DNA of 64,000 nt from Epithemia pelagica. Lineage: Eukaryota > Protista > Bacillariophyta. Shown here one piece after another: positions 1 through 11,843 of the stretch; the first letter of the stretch is position 1, and each line of letters begins with the position of its first letter. Below the pieces are notes generated by a model. The model saw only the letters and a list, made by a program, of their open reading frames with translations. It did no database searches and was not told the DNA's origin. Made by a program: the position numbers and the translations under genes. The stretch lies in assembly GCA_946965045.2 (NCBI GenBank), contig OX337232.1, positions 3,658,001 through 3,722,000 of the forward strand. The letters run 5' to 3'.

Positions 1-132
1 ACTGGTAAATCCTTGTTTGGTATAGCGTAAAAGCCATAAGCAGGCCTTTGTGGATCATAGAATTGCATTGTTGTATGGCAGTTTTGGTTTCTCGTTGAGT
101 CGACGAACCACGAGCACGCACACCATCTTTAG

Positions 133-447
133 ACGCATAGATCCAACAGGGAGCAATGTCGAAACGCGGTTGAAGATGCAGGGGACGAAGCAAACATTCT
201 AGATTCTAGTGCAATTGATGATTTTACCAAGGCGAACGCCAAAAACTGGGAGCGTGACGAAATGTCTACGGTCGGTACGAGCGTCACACATAAACTTGAA
301 TCGACATTCTGGTGCAATTCTGTTGGTTTTTACCTCGGTGAAAGCGCCATCGTCGAGCTCAAAGACCTAGATGTAGCTTCCCGAGCCATCTATTCTATCG
401 ACAACATGACGACGTCGCTAGACTACGTAGATAAACGCCTCTACTAG
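133..447 (+). CDS. Possible terminal exon of an unknown gene
   Basis: Frame is open from 133, just after a ctttag possible acceptor, to TAG at 445-447 (…AVEDAGDEANILDSSAIDD…LDYVDKRLY). No recognisable domain. Confidence 0.2.
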   Translation, partial: THRSNREQCRNAVEDAGDEANILDSSAIDDFTKANAKNWERDEMSTVGTSVTHKLESTFWCNSVGFYLGESAIVELKDLDVASRAIYSIDNMTTSLDYVDKRLY

Positions 448-554
448 GGACCGAGCGCACGACAGACGCTTTTGCTCAAGAGCTTCCACGCGGTGTCCTC
501 GTGCTCTCTCGAGAGCTCGAAGCCAAATAAACGCGCTGTAATATATTATAATAG

Positions 555-2029
555 GTGACCATGACACTGCAAGAAGAAGCACGACAGTCGGGCCTTGTCC
601 TTTTGAACGAAACAGAGGAATGGAATGAAACGGACTGGCCTCCTCTCAAAGGTGGATGGCGTGCGCGTCAGGCTTCGGTCGTAATTGATCATACAATACC
701 GATAAGGACAACAACAACCAGGGACAGACGGTTGTCGTGTTGGGAGGACGTCAACAAGGGCAAGGCACTGTCAGTTCCATTGTTGCATTGAATCTAGCAG
801 ACCCAAACAAACAGTGGCGAGAGGGGACGCCCATGAACAGGAGACGTAGTGGACATGCCGCTGTTGTGTGCAACGGAGGTACCTACGTCATGGGAGGAGG
901 AGACAGTTTTCGTTCAAGTTTTGATTGTATGGAACGAATTGATTCAGATGACTTGCTGCAATCGTTTTCTACAACAAGAAGCAGCTCAAAGAAGATTCAC
1001 TGGAAAACATTGAATTTTCGGTTATCAACAGGAAGAGCATCATGTTGTGCTGTTGCGGTTCAAAACCGATAGATTGTTGTGATGGGTGGATGGAACAGGG
1101 AGAGATCGTCGTTGGTTGATGTCATTGATACCACGAACCACACTCTCACTGTGGGACCATGTATGAAAGTTCCTCGATCATCCTGTGCCAGTGCGGTCAT
1201 TGGTCACCGCATCTTTGTCGTTGGAGGCCGTAACGATCACGGCAATGTTGATTGGACGAGATTGGCATGTCGCTTATCAACGAGACGATCAGGATGTTGT
1301 GCTGTTGCGGTTCACAACCGATTCATTGTTGTAATGGGTGGATGGGATGGAAGGCAAAGGTTGTCGTCGGTGGATATTATTGATACCAGGAACCACACCG
1401 TCACTGTGGGACCAAGCATGACTGTTCCACGACGATTTTGTACCAGCGCGGTCATTGGTCACCGCATCTTTGTCGTGGGAGGCCAAAGAGGGCACGGCAA
1501 TCTTGACTCGATGGAGTATTTGGAGTTTGCAAAGTCGTGTGACAATGAGGAGACAAAGGAGAAGACTGATTCGTCAGCCATTTCATTCTCGTCCACCTGG
1601 ACCACTCATGCTGAGTTGATGCTTTCCGTCCCGCGAGGCTTTTACGCCGCGGTTGCCCTGGGATCCTGTCTGGTTGTGACGGGAGGACGCAGTCCAACCG
1701 TGGAAGTATTGGATACGCACAGCAAGCGTGTGTGGAATATCCCACCATTTGGAAATCTCCTTGGAGGCTGCAGTATGTTGACTCTTGCGAATCAAATTGC
1801 ACTGGTTGGTGGACGTCAGAATCCTGCCTGTGCGACATTACCACTCATGGATCGGAATTCGTGGTGTTTTCGTCGACTATGTGAACAGCAGCCCAACGGA
1901 TGGTATCATTCTCTGGAAGGAATGTGGATCCGAAATGCTGATATTTCGCGCTTCTCCACCTCGACATCAGCTCGTAAGCGAGCAATACCCGAGACGCGCC
2001 TTGGTGATGAAGGAAAGGATGAATCTTGA
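555..2029 (+). pseudogene. Kelch-repeat beta-propeller protein, disrupted
   Basis: Repeated kelch motifs (RRRSGHAAVVCNGGTYVMGG; RSSCASAVIGHRIFVVGG; RRSGCCAVAVHNRFIVVMGG). Frameshift near 690-700 (ASVVIDH in one frame, DKDNNNQGQTVVVLGG in another). In-frame TAG at 1070-1072 where the sister repeat has TTC. Confidence 0.8.
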
Positions 2030-2248
2030 AATTTGCAACATTGTGCATGATGTCCTAGAATGGCGAAATAATCGAATACTAATTTTGTTTGAACAGTGTA
2101 TTCAAGGGGGGAAACCAACTTCTACGATGATTGTTTTAGGGATGCGACTAGTGTGGTGGTGATTGATGTATGTGTGTGTGTTTTGTGTGTGAACAAAGGA
2201 GCGTATGGACAAGGAGACATGAAGGTTACCGGCACGGTTGGTTTGTGA

Positions 2249-5200
2249 TTAGTATTCACCAGCCGGGAACCCTGAACACGTGGCCATTTTCTCTTGTTTT
2301 TGTCCTTGATACGAAAATCCCAATTTGAGTTTGAGCACCAAATTCTTGGTTCCCAATTGCGTGTTGGTCACATTTACGGTTTGTGTCACGGTCGTCGATG
2401 AGGACGCGGGTGGTATCGTCGTAGAGGAAGCGGGTTCCATTTCCATGGTGACAAACTTGGGGACGGCCACTTGTAAATTCATGCCATACAAGGGTTCGGG
2501 GTTGGAATTTCGAAAGTGGGCCACCAGTCGTGATTTTTGTTTGTTCCAGGTATCCGGTTTGCTGCATTCAAATTCCACAGTCAACCCTTGATGTTCAATG
2601 GCAGCTACTCGTACCGTCGCGGGCGTTGCCGCTTGTGGTGCCGCGGGTGCTGGTGGAGCGCTATTCATGGCAGGAGCCGCTCCAAACATGTCAGTGGTTG
2701 AGTTCATGGTACTGGTCGTCGTGGCCGTCGTCGTCGAAGGACCATACAAGTCGAGTGGATTCACACTGGTTGGTGCCGGTGCTGTCGTCGTCGGCGCCGC
2801 ACCAAAGAGATCCGTGGTTGCCGAGGCTGCGGGAGGAGCCGTAGGTCCTCCTCCACCAAAAATATCCATTGTGGACGGTGCTGCTGCCGCTGTGGTAGGG
2901 GTAGCTCCAAACAAATCGGTCGTCGTCGTTGTTGTTGTGGCTGCAGTAGTAGGCGCAGGGCCAAAGAGGTCCATTCCAGTAGCCGCGGCCGCTGGAGCTG
3001 CAGCTGGTGTGGCTGCTGGTTGGGCCGAAAAAATATCCGCCAACAATTCCAAATCGCTGCTGGCCGTGGTGGTCGTTGTCGACGTGGGATTGTTGGTGCT
3101 GGTGGAAGCACTGGTGACTGCCGTATCCCCAAAGTCCAACAAATCGCCACCACCAGCGGCAGGTGCCGCCGCAGGTTTCATCAACCCCGACGATGGAGCC
3201 GGTCCGACACTATTGCCATCAGCACTGCTACTGGCGTAGGAAAATTCATCGTTCGACATGAGTCGTTTTTGCAAGAGTTTGACATCGACAATGGGCATTC
3301 GCGCCAAGGCTTCCTTGGCCGCCGCAATGACGGCACTGGAAGGAGGGAGGGACGATCCATTGCTATTGGTATTGCTGTTGTCGGTACCGCCATTGGTCAT
3401 GACACCAAACAAGTCTGGTTCGGACGTCTTGTTGTTGTTCTCATCGTCCTGCAGTGGTACGGGTTTGACCACCTTGGGGAGGGGCAAGCCTTGACTGGCA
3501 TGAACCAAGGCTTGATATTCACAGGCTCGCAATTGCAATTCCAACGACCGATTGGTCCCCTCCTTTTTCAACAAGCCTTGCAATCGTTTCAGGGCATCTT
3601 GAACGCTGGGATTGGTGTCGGCTTGATCCAAGAAGCGATGATTGAGTTTGGCATAGGCGGTCAAGGCTCGTTCTTTAATGTATTCCGGACACGACGCTCG
3701 TTTCGTGACCCGAGCAATGGTATCGACAATGGCGAGTGGTTCCAAGGGTTGGAAGGAAATGGGTTGCGACGACGCGGATGCCGACGACAAGTCGCCACCC
3801 GAAGAACCATTACCAAGAGGTGTATAGGTATAGGGTTGCAAGAGATAATCGCCATATTCTCCAATACACCAAATACCTACAGCGAGTAATCCATGTTGCG
3901 ATCCATCGTCATCCCGCAGGGCCTTGACGAGTTTGTGTGTGGCAAAGGCATGGAGGGAGGGTGACGATCGCGAAATGTACACGGCCGTGGCGGATGGAAC
4001 AGATCGATTGGCTTCCCGTCCGGCAATGGTCAAGGTGGTAATGAGGGTATCAATCCGCCAGAGCATACTACTGGATTCGTCGCCGCCGTCACTGCTGGGG
4101 GTATACCGATCCACGACTTTGAGAATGCGGGAACAAATATCGCCGCGATGTTCGCGGGGACACAGGACGAGATAATTGAGCAATTCTCCCACCAATTGTT
4201 GGACATTGTCGGCATTGACCAAATGATAAATCAATTCCAAGGCCCGTTGTCGAATACTGACATCGGGATCTTTCAAACAATCCACCACGGTCGTACGATG
4301 TCGTTGCAAGGCGGACATGGCATTGTTGATGGATGTACCAGATGCGGCTGTTGTTGTGTCGGGAAAGACATCGACGGTACTGGCACTCTTTTTCTGTTCC
4401 ACGATACACTTGGCCAGCGTATTCAAGGCCACGTATCGAATGTTATTGTCGCGATTCAAGAGGAACCGTCCCAAGATATTAATGGCCAAGACGCGCAATC
4501 CATCTTCGGATTCAATGCCCATGATGGTGAGGACACATTCGTACAAAATGGCATTGCCTGCATTCTTGGCCGATTCCGTATTGGTCGCCACTTGCGCCAA
4601 GACATCATTCATTTCTTCACTGGCCTGTACATTGTTGGTCCCCAACAAGCGCAACAGGGTCAAGAGTTGGACTTGCAAAAAGGGATCGGCAATGCCACTC
4701 ACTTCATTTTCCATGGCATATCCACTGCTGTTACTGGAATGACCGAGCAAGTTGCGGAGCATTTTGGTCAAGGTGGGTACGAGTTTCAAAAAGGCCCGAC
4801 GACAATCGGTATCCCACGGATCCACATTCTCATCGCCCTCGGCTTCTTCTTCTCGGGCCGTTTGATAATCAATCATCAACACTTGCGTCATGAGTTGCAC
4901 GACCGTGACCAAGACACCATGACTCTTGTCTTGGAGTAAACTCGTGACGCGATCGACAAAGTCTTCGACCATGTCGGGACATTTGGTCAAACAGCGGGCC
5001 ATGGCCAAACAAGCCTTTTTGCGCAAATACGAGAGCGGTGATTTCAAATGCTTGTCGACTTCGGGGGCCAAATCACGACTCATATCGGCCGTGGCCAAAT
5101 TGCCAATCGCACACAGAGCCAACCCGGCGACAAACTTATTGTCCGACACCAAATCGGATTTCAAGGCATTGGTCGCCAACATGAGCACTTCGGCTTCTTC

Positions 5201-5612
5201 ACTCAACAAGAGAAGCATGCCCAAATAGCCAATGCGCTTTTCGGGAAAGTGAGGAGAGGCCGTCAATTTCATACATTCCAATTGACCAAAATGAGTCGGA
5301 TAACCTGTGGATCGTACGTAGTAGAAGGATCAAACCATAAGAGTACAACACGCAAGCAAGGAAGACACGCCACACAACCATGAGAGGCTCTCTCTACACA
5401 AAACAGGCACAATTCCATGACACTTCTCGACCAAACGTACCCAACATGTGCATGAACAATAATTTGGCGACATTGCGATGCCGATAATGGACTTGTTCTT
5501 CTCGAATGGCCGTTCGAATCATGGCCGATTCCTTGGCAATCACAGCTCGTTCTTCCGACGCCGTCTTGCATTGTCGCACCTTGCGAATCAAATCGCGTAA
5601 TTTCATAGACAT
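2249..5612 (-). CDS. AP1G1: AP-1 complex subunit gamma (gamma-adaptin), 2 exons
   Basis: Exon 1 is 5612-5441 ([28 protein letters not shown]…). A GT-AG intron spans 5440-5305 (136 nt). Exon 2 is 5304-2249. The splice restores [18 protein letters not shown]. Adaptin trunk ([40 protein letters not shown]), low-complexity hinge and C-terminal ear domain are all present. Confidence 0.95.
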
Positions 5613-6799
5613 TTTGGCGTGACGGTGGTAGATTCAATCGAAACAAAAGAACTACGGAGAGGCACAGCGGCACCCAAACGATGCGTCCACAAGATACACA
5701 AGTTCTCTCCCAAGACAAAATCCACCAATACTCGTTGGTAGATTGAGAAACAACAACGGTACAACAACTGTGTATCCACCAAACAGTGAAATCTTGTGTA
5801 CTCTCCCAATCACACCAACCAACAACTATGTGTGTATTGGATCGTGTCAATGTCGAGTGTGTGCGGATTGGCGGTTCTGGATATCGTTGCCCGTACGTTC
5901 CGGAATGACTCGAGCGGGTTGTGGTTGGTTTGCCTATATTGTATGTTGTTGCGGATGCCTTTGGGCTTTTAGTACTCGTGGCGTTGTGTCACTCTCTCGA
6001 CAGAAGGCCTTGGCTCTTTCTCTCGATCCACCAAAAGACCACAGACGAGTTATTGGATCCAGCACAGGCCACGGGCGACGATGAGGATGAGCGTGTGTGT
6101 GTGCGGTGTGTGCCGCTTTGGCCAAAAAAGGAAAAGAGTCTTTTGTGAAGTTTCACAATGACACTCTTGAGCGATTACGCAACATAAATATTCAACGAAT
6201 CATTCAATCTTTATATACAACGAACTCTGGGTTGTTTGAAAGGGAACCCATACGAAAAACAATGTGTGTATGCACCTCAAATGCCCAACTTAGAGGAGTA
6301 GCTATACCACAATTCGATTCTCCCCACTCAAGATTCGACGCGCCAGCCATGCGAATCCGAGTGGCTCGCGTGCAGAAGCGCACCTCTCCTTTCCAACCGC
6401 CGTCTCTCTCATTCTTTCAAAAGAGCGCTTTCGAGGGATCGACCATGGGAACGACCAAACCGGAGGAAGCAGTGGAGGGATCAATGGGACGACACCAACC
6501 AAACCAAGGGGGTACTGTCTGATCCGGAAGAGAGGACCAGAGAGGCACGAGTCACTGTACTGACTGTGTTGATCAACCAACGTCGTGCTGCACTGGATGG
6601 TTCTCGCCTGGAACTCGACCCACCAAACCAACGTACTAGTGTGTTTGCGTTTCGAATGTACACGATTGCTTGGGAATGGCGATTCGGTTTGGACCCTAGT
6701 AACTGCTTGGCACAGAATGGGGATGGTGCTGGAGGAGGAGTCCTCCTCCACTCCCTGCTGTTACCTCGATAATAAGATACCAAACTTGGGGAGGAGTAC

Positions 6800-7480
6800 C
6801 ACACGACATGAAAAAGCTTTCCAATCACACAATGAATGGAGTGCTGCCATTACCATGGCACTCCTTGTCCACAGTCACCACACGACACGTCTCATGCCAG
6901 CTCTAGTTCGAGAGTTTCGAACGCCAGCAACCTGCTTGTGAGATGATGATGGTGTTGACCAAAAGCCGAATGATTCGGGTGGTACCAACATGGAGGATGG
7001 ACGAAACTAAAAGAGAAAGAGAGAGCAAGCGGTGGCTTCTTGGGTACACCTTTTCGTCACCTTTACGAATTCCAACAGTCTGGATTGGAGTTCTTGGTCT
7101 ATGCGCACTTGTCCTTTCTTGGGAAAACAACAATCGGAGGACACTGGCCATTGGTGAACGCAAGGTCTCGCACAACCATGGTCGCAAATCAAGATGAGTG
7201 AGTGTTGCGCCATTCAGATACCATCACACGCTGTATTCACCACACGACATCTCATGAAAGATGCATTCGGTGTGTTTCAACGCCAGGAATAACCTTGCGC
7301 GACATGGTGTCGACCAATCACAAGCCGAATGATTTTGAGTGGTACCAACGTTTGAGGACGGACAAAACGGAACAAGAGAGAGAGAGAGAGGGATTGTTGG
7401 ATTCTACACGGTTTTGTCACCGTGCCGGATACCAAACGTCTCGGACGTATTGTATTGTTCGGCATGTCATGAAGAAGTTG
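6800..7480. repeat. Degenerate ~360-bp tandem duplication
   Basis: gccgaatgatt…gtggtaccaac…gacgaaac/gacaaaac…gagagagag…ttttcgtcacc/ttttgtcacc starts at 6965 and at 7324. caccacacgaca.tctcatg is also present twice. Confidence 0.6.
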
Positions 7481-8126
7481 GCGAATCACTTCCTTTGCAT
7501 GCTTGATTCCGGAAGATTCGAGTTTGATGTATGAATGCTCTCTGGTTTCCGGGCAGCGACTAGAGTGTGTGATCGCCTATTACGAGGAACTATCGGCAAG
7601 TAACTTACTGGATTGGATTTTTTGGTCTATGTTACACAGTTGTCCGTTCTTGGGAAATTGCAGGCTCTCGACAAGAATCCAAAGTTGTGCGGGGACAGTC
7701 CCGTCCGCAGTGGGACTTTGCCTCTGAGCATCTTTGGCGTACCATTTGCTGGTGTACAGCTCTCACTGGCATCCATTCCTTGATCCAGACCCCCCCCCCC
7801 CCCCCCCAAATAGCCAAGAAAGGAAGCGCTAGTATCCTTCAGTGACTTTTGGAGCCTTTGGACTTGCTCATGGACTTGGAGAATCTTCTCCACGAAACTA
7901 GGTAGAAGCTCCTCCTCTGCTAGCACATTGGTCGCCTAGTTTGTTCGGATTGAACGTCTCGCAACATGGTTTGAATGTTCAAAATCGAAAGGATCGAGGT
8001 TTTGCACAAAAACCCGAAATCGATTGAAATGGACTGAGGAAAACTCGACGCACGCCGGATCGACAGAGCGCGGTTTTCATCCTGACACTCCAATGATGAT
8101 GTTCTCACAACTACGAACCTCATCGC

Positions 8127-9728
8127 TTGCTGCTTGAAACCATTGCTCTCAGCATGATTCAGCCCGGTGTAACTGTAACATCCTCTACCAATGGATCCAC
8201 TAATAATATATGGGACCTTCACAGCTCTCTGATGGCGCTCAATGGGCCGTCCGGTATTGCGTATGCACAGTCGATCAACCCCCAGACATTGCAATCGAAT
8301 CTTCATATCGTACTCCTTCAACCACCAAGTCAGGACCTGTCATCGGAAATTGCCTTCGAGTTCATTTCCAAGTTGATCGAATTGAACCCGGCAGCACTTG
8401 TGTGGCAAGATCACTATGGAAATCTCCCAATTCATTACCTTTGTCGTCGAGGATGCAAGGACACACGAACCCTGGAGCTGTTTTGCGGCAGCCCGTTATC
8501 CATGCTAGGTTTATCGACAGCAAATGGCATGGGACAATTGCCGATTCACATTATTTGTGCTTCGGGGCTAAATTCTTCTCCAGACTGTGCCCAATGGATT
8601 TTGAACATGTATCCTCTGGGAGCCAAAACGACGGATGGCAATGGAAATTTACCAGTGCATTTTGTGGCGTGTATACCCGAGAATGAGAAATTGTTGGCCC
8701 AACTTTATGAACTACACCCACTGGGGTTTACCCACCGGAATTGTCATGCAAAACTTCCTCCTGTGCACTTTCAAAAGGTGCAAGTGAACCAACTGGAACA
8801 GGCCCTGGCTTTGGAAAAGGCAAAAGTGACATTGGTGGAAGAAACGAACAACGAGTTGCTTTGTCAATTGGATGCTCTCCAAAAAGAAATGGAGAAAATG
8901 AAGGTTCATGCCAATCTCTGTGCAACGTCGGCGGAGGACGCAAATGCGCAGAAAGACAATGCGTTGAACGAGTTGCAAGTCCTTCGCCGAACCAGGACGG
9001 AATTGGAGGCTCAAGCAAGTGTACGTGAAAAGGTTTTGGACGAACAAAAGGAGCAAATGAAACAACTCACTGCTAAACGAAGCGAGTTGGAAACGGAGTT
9101 GGATGTTCTTCGGAACAAGACAAAGGAATTGGAGGATTCCGGCGCGGAGAGTCAGCGACAACGAGAACGTGACGAGACAGCCTTGCAAATGGTTCAGGAT
9201 ACCAACCGAAAGTTGAAGGATCACATTGAGAAACTTGGCGCAAACTATTTGACCTTCCAGCGGGACATCCGAAACGACTACGCGGGATTGACCGATGAGC
9301 TGGAACTCCTACAAAGCACTCATGGGAAAATGGTGCGGGAAGTTGTCCAATTGGACACGGCATTGATGGACGCGATGGATCCTTCCGCCGACGATCATTC
9401 TACAGCACCCCTGTTGCCTATGGGGGTACTAAAGACCTTTGCCATATCGCTGCAGAACCGAAAATACCTCTTGGAAGGGCAGGAAGACTCTGACGACTTG
9501 AAGAAGAAACAGTCCAAGGTCAACATCATGTTTGACACGTTCCTGTCAAGCCCCCAACTAAGCCGGTCGTCGTTGGAGGCGTTTATTCGTTGTTCGTATA
9601 CGGAACTGGAACAAGCCGTGTCGTGTTGGGACATGAGATGCTCACCTCATCCTACCACCTGCCACGACACGTGCAGCGATGATTCAATGACCATCGAAAC
9701 GCTAGATGATTCATCGGAAACAAGTTAG
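8127..9728 (+). CDS. Ankyrin-like repeat / coiled-coil protein, paralog 1 (533 aa)
   Basis: Three D..GNLPIH/GQLPIH/GNLPVH ankyrin-like repeats, a long heptad region, and a C-terminal family motif PLLPM…IMFDTFLSSPQLSRSSL. Confidence 0.8.
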   Translation: MLLETIALSMIQPGVTVTSSTNGSTNNIWDLHSSLMALNGPSGIAYAQSINPQTLQSNLHIVLLQPPSQDLSSEIAFEFISKLIELNPAALVWQDHYGNLPIHYLCRRGCKDTRTLELFCGSPLSMLGLSTANGMGQLPIHIICASGLNSSPDCAQWILNMYPLGAKTTDGNGNLPVHFVACIPENEKLLAQLYELHPLGFTHRNCHAKLPPVHFQKVQVNQLEQALALEKAKVTLVEETNNELLCQLDALQKEMEKMKVHANLCATSAEDANAQKDNALNELQVLRRTRTELEAQASVREKVLDEQKEQMKQLTAKRSELETELDVLRNKTKELEDSGAESQRQRERDETALQMVQDTNRKLKDHIEKLGANYLTFQRDIRNDYAGLTDELELLQSTHGKMVREVVQLDTALMDAMDPSADDHSTAPLLPMGVLKTFAISLQNRKYLLEGQEDSDDLKKKQSKVNIMFDTFLSSPQLSRSSLEAFIRCSYTELEQAVSCWDMRCSPHPTTCHDTCSDDSMTIETLDDSSETS

Positions 9729-9859
9729 CCAACGGGGGATCGGACTCATTGCAAACAAGCCTGTCCAAACAGTGAATTTCAGTATCATTATCATGATGAT
9801 ATTATCCAGAGACAGAATCGAAAGAGAACGATTCAATTCTACATACTACGGATCTGGCG

Positions 9860-10130
9860 AAAGCTGATCCTCGCGTACCGACTTGGTCCAGAGTAGATAC
9901 CCCGCGACTCTTCTGCCACTCTTTCACTCTACGACAAACCCAATTTTTTCAATCTAGATGTGTGGTGGATTCTCCTAGCGTTCTTCCCGATGACGCCGCT
10001 GTGTGCTGTCTGGGTCGAATATAAAATAAAATGGCCTGTTCCAGGCACCCGGATCCAAAGTAAAGAGGGGTTTGGAACGAGGGTTCCATTAGATTTAGAC
10101 GAGTCGGCAGGAATCTCATTTGTTTCCACT
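9860..10130 (-). pseudogene. Degenerate copy of the 3' end of the HCF173-like gene
   Basis: ILFYIRPRQHTAASSGRTLGES here matches KSFYIRPKQHTTASSGRGLGES at ~16700-16780, and the nucleotide match is clear. Confidence 0.7.
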
Positions 10131-10276
10131 TGTTGTGTGCCGCCGGCAGGAAACAAACCAGGGATCGAGAGTCGCTGCGTGTGTCAATGGTTTGCAGTTC
10201 CAGATTTGTGAGATCGATTCCACACCGAGGGTCCATCGGCGTGCGCGTTGTGTATGACCGCGCGTGCCATGCGAAG

Positions 10277-10570
10277 ACAGAGCGCGGTCCAATCCACTCG
10301 CTCTTTTTCGTGTGGACCACATCTCGATCGACCATGACGAAAAAGGCCGCACTGGAAGCAATACCTTGGGGACAAAGCGACACTATGATATCCTGAATGG
10401 CCAAGAGAAGAAGAGATGGTGCTCTTCGGTCCATTCCACTCGCTCTTTCCTTCTCTTGGACCAACAACCATCAATCGACCATGATGGAACAGGACGAGGA
10501 GGCCGCATTGGACGCAAGACCTTTTGGACACAACCACATTGTGATATCCTAAATGACTCAGAGAAGAAGG
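10277..10570. repeat. ~142-bp tandem duplication
   Basis: cggtcca.tccactcgctcttt…ggacca…tcgaccatga…ggccgca.tgga…gatatcct.aatg…agagaagaag starts at ~10285 and ~10427. Confidence 0.7.
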
Positions 10571-11235
10571 GATAGGCGCTCCTTTAACAATCAACCCAAG
10601 TGCTGCGCCTGTTAGCTCTGTTTCCATTGCAATGATCGAGAAATCAAAGGTGTGAGATGCAAATTATATGAGTTGTTTGTACCATGCTTTTGATTGATCA
10701 TACCTGGGTGCAGCTCAGCGGAAGCACCAACGTTCGTGTCACGCCGACGTATCGTTATTTTCTGGTGTTGCTGGAACCAAAACACTCCTCTTTCGGTTCC
10801 AAAAATAAGCTACGATACCATTTCGAAATAGACCATGGAACCCACTTTATTGACAAAACCCTTGGGTAGAATTGAGGACTGTTCAGGAACTTTGAAATGG
10901 ACCCGAACTGAAATCAAGTTCCAACGTTGCTAATCAGACGCAAGGGACTCTCAGAATCGAGTTGCACCACCAAATATATCTCGCTGCAAGTGGTTGTTAG
11001 AGTTGGATTGTGTATGCGCGAATGATGCTTTGCAAATTGCGACGTCAGGAATCTTATAAGACGATGGTTTCGACAAGCCTGTTGATACGATATTTAGGGA
11101 CGGAAGGAACCAAAGTGGAATCCATCGATGGACCGCGAGGCAGAGTCAGTCAGTGGAGCTTGGACTGGATTCATTGAAATTTACCGGACGCTGGCCACTT
11201 GTCGCAGCTATCGTCTTTTGATGCCGCGTGAATCT

Positions 11236-11236
11236 G

Positions 11237-11326
<90 letters not shown>
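11236..11326. repeat. (CT)n microsatellite
   Basis: About 90 bp of near-perfect CT repeat. Other microsatellites: poly-C 7789-7807, (TTG)n ~19727-19760, (CT)n ~30413-30455, (CAA)n ~31898-31940, (CAC)n ~38355-38407. Confidence 0.95.
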
Positions 11327-11329
<3 letters not shown>

Positions 11330-11843
11330 GTGTGTGAAAAAGGATCAAGTAGATCGCTGTATGGGACGAGCACTACGATCCGTTGGTGGTGGGACCTTTC
11401 TGCACCACCATTGGTGTACGTTCCCTGGTCTCTCCAGCTACACTGAACTCTGTGAATACAGAGGAAACATTGGCAGTGAGTCCGACAATTCTTGAGAAAA
11501 AGTGTCTAGTCTCTTCGAAGTCCATGTACCAGCGAGTCTTCAACGGGGAGTGCCACGAACCATTCGTCCATGGGACGGATCACTGTACGTACTCTCCTGC
11601 AAAGTCCTTTGAATAACCGAGAGAGCCATCCAGTTCTTGTTCGAATGTTCCAACTGGACTGTTCAAAAAGGGTGTGTGTGGGTACCTGTCGACTACTGTT
11701 TTCCGGATTGAGAGCTCAACGAGAGTTCGCTGAGTGGCGATGCACACACGCCGGGCCGACAACGCTGTATTTATCCTGAAAACTCGAAAAATCTCTCCGT
11801 ATGGATTGTCACAGCTTCTCCTACACAAGTTCCTCGGACTGTC

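Noticed and set aside
2598-4939. Long plus-strand ORFs (213, 289, 263 aa)
   Set aside because: Antisense shadows of the gamma-adaptin CDS. The same applies to shadow ORFs over the claudin-like genes, gag-pol and the transposases.
5650-6780. Several 100-150-aa ORFs upstream of gamma-adaptin
   Set aside because: Overlapping on both strands, no domain or codon signal, and likely promoter or intergenic DNA.
7627-7926. Short minus-strand ORF (EEELLPSFVEKILQVHEQVQRLQK…)
   Set aside because: No ATG, interrupted by a poly-G run and no recognisable domain. At most a decayed fragment.
11128-11446. ORFs encoding poly-SL / poly-RE
   Set aside because: Translations of the (CT)n microsatellite.
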